Source: Desulfarculus sp. (GTDB taxonomy: Bacteria; Desulfobacterota; Desulfarculia; Desulfarculales; Desulfarculaceae). Taken from it: a DNA stretch of 64,000 nt. Location of the stretch: assembly GCA_016218705.1 (NCBI GenBank), contig JACRDC010000049.1, positions 21,660 through 85,659 on the forward strand. The letters run 5' to 3'. The notes under the pieces were generated by a model. The model was not told the DNA's origin. It did not search any database and saw only the letters and a program-made list of their open reading frames with translations. Made by a program: the position numbers and the translations under genes. Of the stretch, positions 9,626 to 18,334 are shown one piece after another. The stretch's first letter is position 1, and the number at the start of each line of letters is the position of its first letter.

Positions 9626-9661
9626 CATACAAGGGGCGGGGGTTATCCCCGCCCGCTTTTT
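9626..9661 (+). terminator. REP-like hairpin (GGGGCGGGG-gttat-CCCCGCCC) plus T-run; probable terminator after abfD
   Basis: CAAGGGGCGGGGGTTATCCCCGCCCGCTTTTT read directly. It belongs to the repeat family also seen at 31395-31473 and 36351-36440. Confidence 0.6.
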
Positions 9662-9706
9662 GCCCTGATGGGAGCCATGGATTCGCCGAACGGCGTATGC
9701 CTGGGC

Positions 9707-10369
9707 CTAGATGGACCCGAAGTAGGTCTTCTCGATCAGCTCGAAGTTGCGCTTGATGTTCTCGGCGCCTTTGAGCATGGGGCCGTGGCCGGGCAGCAGC
9801 CATTGCAGGTCGAGCGCGGCCATGCGCTGGATGGACTCTTTGAGCGCCGCGCCGTCGCCGCCAGGGAAGTCCACGCGGCCCACCCCCTGGGCGAAGATCA
9901 AATCGCCGGCAAATAGCGCCTTGTGCCGGGGCCAGTACAGGCAAATGTGCCCCGGCGAGTGGCCGGGTGTGTGCAGCACCTCAAAGGCCTCCTGGCCGGC
10001 CTTGAGCTCGCCCTCTTCCAGCAGGATGTCCATTTGCATCTCGGGCAGGCTCATGCCCAGGGAGGCGGCCATCTGGCGGCCTTCCTTGTCCAGATAGGCC
10101 ACCTCGCGGGCGTGCATGGCCACGCGCAGGCCGGCCTTTTGCAGGGGCAGGGCTGCTTCCAGGTGGTCGGGGTGGCAGTGGGTGAGCACCACCAACTGGG
10201 GCGGCTGGCTGATGCCGTCCTGGCCCAGGCCCCGTTGCACGTGGGCAAACAGCCGGGTGTGGCCGGGGTCTATGAGTATGGGCAGATCGCCGCCGGCCAG
10301 ATAGGCGTTGCAGTTGTTGGCCGAGGGCTGGGTCCAGGGGTAGGCGTAAAGGTCGTCGGCTAGCTTCAT
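9707..10369 (-). CDS. MBL-fold metallo-hydrolase (glyoxalase II-like)
   Basis: HxHxDH motif (THCHPDH) and downstream HTPGHSPGH. The Met at 10369 (MKLADDLYAYPW) is chosen within ORF 9707..10432. Confidence 0.85.
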   Translation of the reverse strand: MKLADDLYAYPWTQPSANNCNAYLAGGDLPILIDPGHTRLFAHVQRGLGQDGISQPPQLVVLTHCHPDHLEAALPLQKAGLRVAMHAREVAYLDKEGRQMAASLGMSLPEMQMDILLEEGELKAGQEAFEVLHTPGHSPGHICLYWPRHKALFAGDLIFAQGVGRVDFPGGDGAALKESIQRMAALDLQWLLPGHGPMLKGAENIKRNFELIEKTYFGSI

Positions 10370-10463
10370 GGGGCTTCCAATCTCTGTTATTATGGCTGCT
10401 CCAAGTCTGTAGCCAGCGGCCCGGCCTGTCAATCACTTGTGTGCCCTGGCCTGGAGGACGCCC

Positions 10464-10859
10464 ATGCCCATGCTGGAGATCGCCACCAATGGCCGAAGCC
10501 AGGCCCTGGACATCACCCGCCAGGTGCAGCAGGCCGTGAGCGCCTCGGGGGTGGGGGAGGGCTGGGCCACGGTCTACGTGCCCCATACCACCGCCGGGGT
10601 GGCCATCAACGAGGCCGCCGACCCCGACGTCATGGCCGACGTGCTCATGACCCTGGAGCGTCTGGTGCCCTGGCAGGGCGGCTTTCGCCACGCCGAGGGC
10701 AACTCCGCCGCCCACGTCAAATCCATACTGGTGGGCTCCAGCGTGCGGGTGCCGGTGGGCGGTGGCCGTTTACTGCTGGGCACCTGGCAGGGCATCTTCT
10801 TCATGGAGTTCGACGGCCCCCGCCGCCGCACGGCCCGGGTGGAGGTGAGCCCGGCTTGA
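10464..10859 (+). CDS. YjbQ/UPF0047 family protein (secondary thiamine-phosphate synthase-like)
   Basis: MLEIATNGRSQALDITRQV...VYVPHTTAGVAINEAADPDV...HVKSILVGSS is the typical YjbQ pattern. A paralog lies at 27971-28414. Confidence 0.85.
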   Translation: MPMLEIATNGRSQALDITRQVQQAVSASGVGEGWATVYVPHTTAGVAINEAADPDVMADVLMTLERLVPWQGGFRHAEGNSAAHVKSILVGSSVRVPVGGGRLLLGTWQGIFFMEFDGPRRRTARVEVSPA

Positions 10860-10961
10860 CGGCCCGGTGTATATATGGTCTGGGCCGCCGCGCGTCCGTG
10901 TTAACATTCTAGGATAAATGCCCCACCACCAGGGGTGGCCGGGCAATTACGGGAGTCAGGC

Positions 10962-11717
10962 GTGAAGATTGATCTCGAAGAGGCCTTGAACCAACTCGAC
11001 AGCATGCGCGAGTTGGACAGCGACGAGGGCGTGGCCAACGCCCTGCTGAAGGTGGCGGTGGCCTATCTGGAGCGGGGCAGGGCGGCGCTGGCCACCGAGC
11101 CCCTGGACGAGGCCTATTACCACTGCCGCAAGCTGGACAACGACCTGGGCCGCGCCCACGTCAGTCTGCGCCAGGGCCAGATGGAACTGATGCTGGGCCG
11201 GTTCCCGGAGGCGATTGCCAAGTACCGCGAGGCCCTGGGGGTCTTTGCGGCCCAGGAGCACCCCTCCGGCCAGGTGGGCGCCCTGGAGGGGCTGGCCCAG
11301 GCCCAGGCCGCCGCCGGGGACGTGGCCGGAGCGGCGGCGAGCCTGGAGCAGGCCCTGGAGCTGGCGGGGCAGGGCGGCGACAAGGTGGCCCAGGTGCTCC
11401 TGCGCCAGTACCTGGCCCCTCTGTACCGCCACCTGGACCGGCCCGGTCAGGCCCTGGAGGTTTATCTGGAGATGGGGCGCCTGGCCCAGGAACTGGGGGA
11501 CCTGCAGCGGGTGGCCCTGGCCCTGGTGGGCGTGGCCAGCATGCAAGCCGTCACCGGCCAGACGGGCACGGCGCTCAAGAACCTGGAGCAGGCCCATAGG
11601 GCCTATCAAGAACTGGGGCAGATGGCCCGCGCCCAGCAGGTGGAGCAGGAGATGGCGCGATTGCGGGCCGCGGGGGAAGGGCAATCAAGCGATAACCAGG
11701 AGGTGAGCGATGACTAA
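10962..11717 (+). CDS. TPR-like repeat protein
   Basis: Ala/Leu-rich helical repeats with a recurring A-x3-L-x2-A-L pattern. GTG 10962 is preceded by GGGAG; GTG 10935 is an alternative start. Confidence 0.6.
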   Translation: MKIDLEEALNQLDSMRELDSDEGVANALLKVAVAYLERGRAALATEPLDEAYYHCRKLDNDLGRAHVSLRQGQMELMLGRFPEAIAKYREALGVFAAQEHPSGQVGALEGLAQAQAAAGDVAGAAASLEQALELAGQGGDKVAQVLLRQYLAPLYRHLDRPGQALEVYLEMGRLAQELGDLQRVALALVGVASMQAVTGQTGTALKNLEQAHRAYQELGQMARAQQVEQEMARLRAAGEGQSSDNQEVSDD

Positions 11718-12405
11718 ATGCTGGGGACTGGTGGCCGGCATGGTCGGGTTGTTGGTGGCGGCGGCCTTTGGCCCGGCTTATGCGGGCAGCAAGTCCGAGG
11801 CCAACCTCAAGACGACCGAGGCCCAGGTGGTGATGGAGCAGGTCATGTCCTCCGGCGACGCCTCCATACCCCAGGACCTGCTGCAAAAGGCCAAGGCCGT
11901 GGCCATCTTCCCGGACATGGTCAAGGCCGGCTTCCTGGTGGGCGGCCAGTACGGCACCGGAGTGGTCATGACCCGCCGGGACGACGGCTCCTGGGGTCCG
12001 CCGGCCTTCTTCACCATGGGCGGGGTGAGCTTCGGGCTGCAATTGGGGGCCCAGGCCGCCGACGTGGTGCTGGTCATCATGAAGCAGCGGGGCCTGGATG
12101 GGCTTTTGACCAACAAGATCAGGTTCGGGGCCGATCTGGGCGTGGCCGTGGGGCCGGTGGGGCGCCGGGGCGAGGCCAGCATCTCTGCGGCCAGCGGCTA
12201 TGCCGACGCCTATTCCTACTCGCGCACCAAGGGCCTGTTCGCGGGACTGTCCCTGGAGGGCGGGGGCATTGAGTATGACGCCCAGACCACGTCCGCCTTC
12301 TATGGCAAGAGCCTGAAGGCGCGCGACGTGCTCAAGGGCGGCAAGGTCTCGCCCCCGGAGCCGGCCCGGACCCTGATGAAGACCATGGACAGCTTCGCGC
12401 GCTAG
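11710..12405 (+). CDS. SYLF (Ysc84/DUF500) lipid-binding domain protein with signal peptide
   Basis: GGQYGTGVVMTRRDDGSWGPPAFFTMGGVSFGLQLGAQAADVVLVIM is characteristic of the SYLF domain. AGGAGG SD present. The start overlaps the TPR gene stop by 8 nt. Confidence 0.8.
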   Translation: MTKCWGLVAGMVGLLVAAAFGPAYAGSKSEANLKTTEAQVVMEQVMSSGDASIPQDLLQKAKAVAIFPDMVKAGFLVGGQYGTGVVMTRRDDGSWGPPAFFTMGGVSFGLQLGAQAADVVLVIMKQRGLDGLLTNKIRFGADLGVAVGPVGRRGEASISAASGYADAYSYSRTKGLFAGLSLEGGGIEYDAQTTSAFYGKSLKARDVLKGGKVSPPEPARTLMKTMDSFAR

Positions 12406-12517
12406 CCGGCGCGCCCGGGCCAAGGGGCTAATGGCCCTCTTGGCCCTGTTCGTACACTGGCCGGCTGGGGCGCCGCAAGGCCCCGGCCGGCTTTTCTCAA
12501 CCCGTGGGGCCGGGGGC

Positions 12518-12787
12518 CTAGCAGGTGCCGCAGCCCTTGGCCCGGTGGTCGTCGTACCATGACCTGACCAGTTGCCTTAGCTCCCCACGCTCCAGCTTGA
12601 GCATCTGGCCGATTTCGGCCTTGGTCAGGATGCCGGTGAAAAAGCCAAATTTGCACAGGAAGATCAGGCCTTCGCGGTCTGGCCCCTTCACCTTGCCCTC
12701 GATCCAGGGGGCCACGCCCTGGGCCTCGATACGCTGCAATAGCCTATCATAGCTATGGGAAATGCTGGGATCGTCGGTGATAAGCAT
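12518..12787 (-). CDS. Small hypothetical protein, HTH-like middle segment and C-terminal CxxC, divergent from dsrA
   Basis: 89 aa. Codon composition looks coding. GILTKAEIGQMLKLERGELRQLVRSW is helix-turn-helix-like. The protein ends in KGCGTC. I recognise no family. Confidence 0.5.
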   Translation of the reverse strand: MLITDDPSISHSYDRLLQRIEAQGVAPWIEGKVKGPDREGLIFLCKFGFFTGILTKAEIGQMLKLERGELRQLVRSWYDDHRAKGCGTC

Positions 12788-12864
12788 TGTGCAATTCCGT
12801 TGGGTTTCAACTGGTTGATGTTAACCATTCAAGGGGATTAGGGCAACAAGAGCCGTCTTTTTTG

Positions 12865-12893
12865 TTGACATGCCCCTGGGGGGTTCCTATAAT
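12865..12893 (+). promoter_or_regulatory. Consensus sigma70-type promoter of dsrAB (TTGACA-17 bp-TATAAT)
   Basis: TTGACA 12865-12870 and TATAAT 12888-12893 with a 17-bp spacer, read directly. It lies about 230 nt upstream of dsrA ATG 13130. Confidence 0.6.
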
Positions 12894-13129
12894 CACGAGC
12901 ATTGTGAATATGGGGGCTTGTTTGTTCCCTATAGGAATCACGGCATTTTAGCCTCTACATGCCGACATCGCCGAGAACGCGGCGGCCACAGACGCCGGAG
13001 GCGGGGAGGCAGCAACAGGGGTTGATGCCCGGGCCTAGGGCGGCGGCATTGATTCCCCGCGGTCAGGGGCCGAGTTTTCGCGATTGAAACCATTGTCCCA
13101 CTTGCAACACTTAGCGGAGGTACTATTCC

Positions 13130-14401
13130 ATGGCGAAAAAGCATCAGACTCCGATGCTGGATGAGCTGGAAAAGGGACCTTGGCCTAGCTTCGTTACCGA
13201 CATCAAGCGTATGGCTGAGACCGGTAAAGATGCTTGCGCCGACCTTTTGGGCCAGCTGGAGCTCTCCTACAAGGATAAGGAGGGCCATTGGAAGCACGGC
13301 GGCATCGTGGGCGTGCTGGGTTATGGCGGCGGCGTCATAGGCCGTTACTCCGACGTTCCCGATCTCTTCCCCGGCGTCGAGCACTTCCACACCGTGCGCG
13401 TCAATCAGCCGGCGGCCAAGTACTACCACAGCGAGTCCATTCGCAAGATCATGGACATCTGGAACCGCCGCGGCTCGGGCATGCTCAACATGCACGGCTC
13501 CACCGGCGACATCATTATGCTCGGCGCCTTCACCGACGAGTTGGAGAACATCTTCGCCGAGCTGACCTCCCTGGGCTGGGACCTGGGCGGCTCGGGTTCG
13601 GCCCTGCGCACCCCCTCTTCCTGCCTGGGCCAGAGCCGGTGCGAGTTCGCCTGCATCAACGCCGAGGACATCTGCTACGACCTGACCCAGTCCTACCAGG
13701 ACGAGTTGCACCGTCCGGCCTGGCCCTACAAGTTCAAGTTCAAGGTGGACGGCTGCCCCAACTGCTGCGTGGCCTCCCTGGCCCGCTCCGACTGCGCCAT
13801 CATCGGTACCTGGCGTGACGACATCCGCATTGACAAGGCCGCCGTGGCCGCCTACGCCGCCGGCGAGTTCGCGGCCAATGGTGGCGCCCACGGCCAGGAC
13901 GTCAAACTGGACATCCAGAAGGACGTCTGTGACCTGTGCCCCACCCAGTGCATGGCCTGGGACGGCAAGACCTTGTCCATCAACAACAAAGAGTGCACCC
14001 GCTGCATGCACTGCATCAACATGATGCCGCGCGCCCTGCGTCCGGGCAAGGACACCGGCGCCAGCATCCTGGTGGGCGCCAAGGCCCCCATCCTCGACGG
14101 CGCCCAGATGGGCTCGGTTATCGTGCCCTTCATCAAGATGGAGCCACCCTACGAGGAGTTCAAAGAGTTCGTTGAAAAGATGTGGGAGTGGTGGGACGAG
14201 AACGGCAAGAACCGCGAGCGCATCGGTGAAACCATCCAGCGCCTGGGCCTGGGCACCTTCCTGGCTGCCGTGGAAGTGGAACCCGATCCCCGCCATGTCA
14301 AAGAGCCCCGCTCCAACCCCTACGTCTTCTACAAGGAGGACGAGGTGCCCGGCGGCTTCGACCGCAAGATCGAGGACTACCGCAAGCGTCACGCTCGCTA
14401 G
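13130..14401 (+). CDS. dsrA: Dissimilatory sulfite reductase alpha subunit
   Basis: 423 aa. Sirohaem/FeS Cys motifs SCLGQSRCEFAC and GCPNCC, ferredoxin insert CDLCPTQC...CTRCMHC. GGAGG SD. Followed by dsrB 24 nt later. Confidence 0.97.
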   Translation: MAKKHQTPMLDELEKGPWPSFVTDIKRMAETGKDACADLLGQLELSYKDKEGHWKHGGIVGVLGYGGGVIGRYSDVPDLFPGVEHFHTVRVNQPAAKYYHSESIRKIMDIWNRRGSGMLNMHGSTGDIIMLGAFTDELENIFAELTSLGWDLGGSGSALRTPSSCLGQSRCEFACINAEDICYDLTQSYQDELHRPAWPYKFKFKVDGCPNCCVASLARSDCAIIGTWRDDIRIDKAAVAAYAAGEFAANGGAHGQDVKLDIQKDVCDLCPTQCMAWDGKTLSINNKECTRCMHCINMMPRALRPGKDTGASILVGAKAPILDGAQMGSVIVPFIKMEPPYEEFKEFVEKMWEWWDENGKNRERIGETIQRLGLGTFLAAVEVEPDPRHVKEPRSNPYVFYKEDEVPGGFDRKIEDYRKRHAR

Positions 14402-14425
14402 TCAGGGAAAAGGAGGATTCAATCC

Positions 14426-15499
14426 ATGGCAGAGCGACTTACTGATATCGGACCGCCTAAATACGATCTCTTTTGGCCCCAGGTCATCAAGGACAATGCC
14501 GGCAAGTGGTTGTACCACGACATCCTGGAGCCCGGCGTACTCCTGCACGTGTCCGAGACAGGCGCCAAGATCTGGAGCGTGCGTTGCGGCACCACCCGCC
14601 TCATGACCACCATGATGGTCGAGGATATCTGCAAGCTGGCCGACCAGTTCTGCGACGGCCACTTCCGGTTCACCACGCGTAACAACGTGGAGTTCCTGGT
14701 GGTGGACGAGTCCAAGCTTGAGCCCTTGAAGAAGGCCCTCAAAGCGGCCGGCAACCTGCCCATCGGCGGCACCGGCGCTAGCATCACCAACATCGTCCAC
14801 ACCCAGGGGTGGGTGCATTGCCACACTCCGGCCATTGACGCCTCCGGCGTGGTCAAGGCCGTCATGGACGATCTGTTCGAGTACTTCGGCTCCCACAAGA
14901 TGCCGGCCCAGGTCCGCATTTCGCTGGCCTGCTGCCTCAACATGTGCGGCGCCGTGCACTGCTCCGACATCGCCATCCTGGGCGTGCACCGCAAGCCTCC
15001 GGTTATCGAGCACACCCACTTGGACAAGATGTGCGAAATCCCCACCACCATCGCTTCTTGCCCCACCGCCGCCATCAAGCCGGCCAAGGTGGATGATTTC
15101 AAGAGCGTGGCGGTGAACGCCGACCGCTGCATGTTCTGCGGCAACTGCTACACCATGTGCCCCGCCATGCCGCTGGCCGACGCCGACGGCGACGGCATCG
15201 CCCTGTGGGTGGGCGGCAAGGTCAGCAACTCCAAGTCCATGCCCAAGTTCTCCAAGCTGGCCGTGCCCTTCATCCCCAACGAGCCCCCCCGTTGGCCCAC
15301 CACTGTCAAGATGGTGCGCCAGATCGTGGAGGCCTACGTGGCCGGCGCCAACCGCTACGAGCGTCTGGGCGAGTGGGCCGAGCGTATTGGCTGGGAGCGC
15401 TTCTTCGAGAAGACCGGCCTGGAGTTCACCCACCACCACATCGACGACTACCGCTTCGCGGCGACCACCTGGCGGACCTCCACCCAGTTCAAGTGGTAG
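14426..15499 (+). CDS. dsrB: Dissimilatory sulfite reductase beta subunit
   Basis: 357 aa. [26 protein letters not shown], ferredoxin-like CPTAAI...[20 protein letters not shown]. Confidence 0.97.
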   Translation: MAERLTDIGPPKYDLFWPQVIKDNAGKWLYHDILEPGVLLHVSETGAKIWSVRCGTTRLMTTMMVEDICKLADQFCDGHFRFTTRNNVEFLVVDESKLEPLKKALKAAGNLPIGGTGASITNIVHTQGWVHCHTPAIDASGVVKAVMDDLFEYFGSHKMPAQVRISLACCLNMCGAVHCSDIAILGVHRKPPVIEHTHLDKMCEIPTTIASCPTAAIKPAKVDDFKSVAVNADRCMFCGNCYTMCPAMPLADADGDGIALWVGGKVSNSKSMPKFSKLAVPFIPNEPPRWPTTVKMVRQIVEAYVAGANRYERLGEWAERIGWERFFEKTGLEFTHHHIDDYRFAATTWRTSTQFKW

Positions 15500-15540
15500 G
15501 ACCGCCGCAGGGTCGGTAGCCCCGATCCTTGGCATGAAAC

Positions 15541-15580
15541 CGCTACCCGGGGCCGTACAGCGGTCCCGGGTAGCGCATTT
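15541..15580 (+). terminator. Hairpin after dsrB (11-bp perfect stem) followed by CATTTT; possible attenuating terminator
   Basis: CGCTACCCGGG (15541-15551) pairs with CCCGGGTAGCG (15565-15575). The T-tract is weak. Confidence 0.45.
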
Positions 15581-15651
15581 TACCTCCCTGGGTTCCGGCG
15601 GCCTGGCCGGCGGCACCTCCAGGATCCTCAACTTACGCACGGAAAACCGCC

Positions 15652-16461
15652 GTGGCCGCCAAAAAGACCCTACTTAAAAACAATTACCAATTCCTGCTGC
15701 TGGGCTTTTTTGTGGCCCTGGCCGTGTACACGTATTTCCAAGACCGCGACAAGGAAGGCCCCGGCCGCTTCTTCGATGGCTACCAGGGCACCCTGGTGGT
15801 CCTGGACCTGCAAAGCGGGGAATACCAGCGCTTCAAGCCCGCCCAGGCGGCCAAGCGCCTGTCCCCCTGCTCCACCTTCAAGGTACCCAACGCCCTCATC
15901 GGCCTGGAGACGGGGGTGGTCTCCGGCCCGGACCACCTCTTGACCTGGGACGGGCAGCAGCGCCCCCTGGCGGCCTGGAACCAGAACCACACCCTGCATA
16001 CGGCCATGGAGAACTCGGTGGTGTGGTACTATCAGGAACTGGCCGCCGCCGTGGGGCCGGAGCGCATGGCCGAATACCTTAAAGCATTTGCTTACGGCAA
16101 TCAGGACGTCTCCGGGGGCATCTCTCGGTTTTGGCTGGGCAATAGCCTTCAAATCTCGGCTGACGAGCAGGTGGAGTTTTTACGCAAACTTTATGCGGAT
16201 GCCCTGCCCGCCCGGCCCGAGAACCAGGCCCTGGTGCGCGGCATGCTTGTGCTGCCCAAGACCGGCCAGGCCCAGCTCAGCGGTAAGACCGGCACCAACG
16301 TGGTCAACGGCAAGGCCACCCTGGGCTGGTTCGTGGGGCATGTGGCCAAGGACGGAAAGGCCCATGTCTTTGCCTGCAACATCGAGGCCGCCGACCAGGC
16401 CACCGGCGCCAAGGCCCGGCTGATCGTCGAGAAGGCCTTGCGGGCCAAGGGGTTGTTGTAG
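15652..16461 (+). CDS. Class D (OXA-type) serine beta-lactamase-like protein with N-terminal hydrophobic segment
   Basis: 269 aa. Motifs S74-T-F-K77, S122-V-V, Y148-G-N, W161, K212-T-G and GWFVGH occur with OXA-like spacing (Ser-to-SxV 48 residues, Ser-to-KTG 138 residues). Stop TAG overlaps the dsrN GTG. Confidence 0.85.
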   Translation: MAAKKTLLKNNYQFLLLGFFVALAVYTYFQDRDKEGPGRFFDGYQGTLVVLDLQSGEYQRFKPAQAAKRLSPCSTFKVPNALIGLETGVVSGPDHLLTWDGQQRPLAAWNQNHTLHTAMENSVVWYYQELAAAVGPERMAEYLKAFAYGNQDVSGGISRFWLGNSLQISADEQVEFLRKLYADALPARPENQALVRGMLVLPKTGQAQLSGKTGTNVVNGKATLGWFVGHVAKDGKAHVFACNIEAADQATGAKARLIVEKALRAKGLL

Positions 16462-17858
16462 TGGATCGGCCCCTGCCGCGCCTGGTGGTGGCCGCCCTCA
16501 GGGGGGGCTCGGGCAAGACCACCATAACCCTGGGGCTGATCCAGGCCCTGAAGAACCGCGGTCTGTCGGTCAAGCCATTTAAGAAGGGGCCCGACTACAT
16601 TGACCCCTTCTGGCACGGCGAGGCCGCCGGCACCCCCTGCCACAACCTGGACCCCTTCATGCTGGGCCGCGAGCAGGCGCTGGCCTCCTTCGGGCATTTC
16701 AGCCAGGGGTTCGAGGCGGCCCTGGTGGAGGGCAATCGGGGCCTTTTCGACGGCATGGACGCCACAGGCAGCCAATCCACGGCCGAGCTGGCCAAATGGC
16801 TGAAGGCCCCGGTGGTGCTGGTGGTGGACTGCTCCATGGCCAGCCGCACCGTGGCGGCGGTGGTGCTGGGCTGCCAGCGCTTCGACCCCGGCCTCAACCT
16901 GGCCGGGGTGGTGCTCAACCCGGTGGCCAACGCCCGCCAGGAGGGGGTCATCCGACGGGCCATCGAGGATACCACCGGCATCCCGGTGCTGGGGGCCGTG
17001 CCCCGGCTCAAGCTGTCCATGCCCGAGCGCCATATGGGCCTGTTGCCTCCCCAGGAGCACCGCCAGGTGGCCGATTCCCTGCGCCTGGCCGCCGAGGGCG
17101 TGGCCACCCACGTGGACGTGGAGGCCCTGTGGGGGCTGATGCGCTCGGCCCCGCCCTGGCCGGAGACGCCCCCGCCCCAGGGGTTGTTCCCCCCAGGGCC
17201 GCCAACCGGCGGCCGGCCATTGATCGGCGTGGTGCGCGACGCCGCCTTTGGCTTCTACTATCCCGAGAACCTGGACGCCCTGCAAAACCATGGCGCCCGC
17301 CTGGTCTTCTGCTCGGCCCTGGAGGATGCCGGCCTGCCCCCCGGCCTGGGGGCGTTGTACATCGGCGGCGGCTTTCCCGAGACCCACGCCAAGCTCCTGG
17401 CCGACAACCTGGCCTTCCGCCAGGCCATCCAGCGGGCGGCCAACCAGGGCCTGCCCATCTACGCCGAGTGCGGCGGCCTGATGTACCTGGGGCGCAATCT
17501 GCGGGTCGAGGGGCGAGCCTATCCCATGGCCGGGGTGTTTCCCCTGGACTTCGCCATGCAGAAGCGCCCCCAGGGGCACGGCTACACCCTCTGCCGGGTG
17601 GTGGGAGCCAACCCCTTCCTGCCCGTGGGCACCGAGTTCAAGGCCCACGAGTTCCACTACTCCCAGGCGCAAGCCCTGGAGGGCGCGGAATATAGCTTTG
17701 CGTACCAGGTGGTTAGGGGTCAGGGCCTCCTGGGGACCGGCGAGGGCCTCCGCCTCAACAACGTGCTGGGCACTTATCACCACGTACACGCCCTGGGCCT
17801 GCCCCAGTGGGCGCCCGGCCTGGTGCGGGCGGCCTCGGCCGGGGTAGAAGTTTCTTGA
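16461..17858 (+). CDS. dsrN: Cobyrinate a,c-diamide synthase family protein; by context DsrN (sirohaem amidase)
   Basis: 465 aa. CbiA-type P-loop GGSGKTT and glutamine amidotransferase Cys in AECGGLMYL. Located between dsrB and dsrD. Confidence 0.85.
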   Translation: MDRPLPRLVVAALRGGSGKTTITLGLIQALKNRGLSVKPFKKGPDYIDPFWHGEAAGTPCHNLDPFMLGREQALASFGHFSQGFEAALVEGNRGLFDGMDATGSQSTAELAKWLKAPVVLVVDCSMASRTVAAVVLGCQRFDPGLNLAGVVLNPVANARQEGVIRRAIEDTTGIPVLGAVPRLKLSMPERHMGLLPPQEHRQVADSLRLAAEGVATHVDVEALWGLMRSAPPWPETPPPQGLFPPGPPTGGRPLIGVVRDAAFGFYYPENLDALQNHGARLVFCSALEDAGLPPGLGALYIGGGFPETHAKLLADNLAFRQAIQRAANQGLPIYAECGGLMYLGRNLRVEGRAYPMAGVFPLDFAMQKRPQGHGYTLCRVVGANPFLPVGTEFKAHEFHYSQAQALEGAEYSFAYQVVRGQGLLGTGEGLRLNNVLGTYHHVHALGLPQWAPGLVRAASAGVEVS

Positions 17859-17934
17859 CAGGGTGGATGGCCGGCGATATGGTGGGGTCTGTTATTTTTA
17901 GCAAAAGTACGCTAAGCCAAGGAGGTTAGAGGAT

Positions 17935-18165
17935 ATGTCAGACGTCAGAGCGTTGGTGTTGCAGGTCTTGGAGAAGAAGCAAAAACGCATGATGATGAAC
18001 GACCTGCTGAAGGAGGTCCAGAAGCTGGACGAGAGCGTAAAAAAGAAGGATATCAAGCCGGTTACCACCGAGATGATCAACGATGGTACCCTGGCCTACT
18101 GGTCCAGCGGCTCCACCACCTACTTCGCGCTGCCCGGCTCCAAGGCCCCCGAGGGCGAGGACTAG
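17935..18165 (+). CDS. dsrD: DsrD
   Basis: 76 aa. The conserved DsrD block LAYWSSGSTTYFAL compares with EYWSSGSTTMYGL in Desulfovibrio DsrD as I recall it. AAGGAGG SD. Confidence 0.9.
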   Translation: MSDVRALVLQVLEKKQKRMMMNDLLKEVQKLDESVKKKDIKPVTTEMINDGTLAYWSSGSTTYFALPGSKAPEGED

Positions 18166-18202
18166 TCCTCGGCGTCCCCAGCCGGCGTCCCAAGCTTTTT
18201 TT

Positions 18203-18254
18203 AGGCCCCTTCCCCTGGGTCCGGTGCGCCGGTCCCAGGCGAAGGGGCCTTCTT
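18203..18254 (+). terminator. Long GC hairpin after dsrD
   Basis: AGGCCCCTTC (18203-18212) pairs with GAAGGGGCCT (18241-18250). Inner stems are CCTGGG/CCCAGG and CCGG/CCGG. TCTT follows. Confidence 0.6.
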
Positions 18255-18334
18255 GACCTGCCGGGCGGGCCAGGCCTGCCTACCTTCAAACAGCCGCCGC
18301 CGGCCCTTGGCTGGCGGGGCCAAGGCGCGAGCAT

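Noticed and set aside
12938-14392. 484-aa minus-strand ORF covering the whole of dsrA. Similar long antisense ORFs include 771..1925, 2429..3739, 7980..9563, 14402..15640, 16191..17789, 35010..36350 and 36623..38380.
   Set aside because: These are GC-rich shadow ORFs. Their translations are Gly/Ala/Arg/His-rich low-complexity sequence with no motifs, and each lies antisense to a gene with unambiguous conserved motifs.
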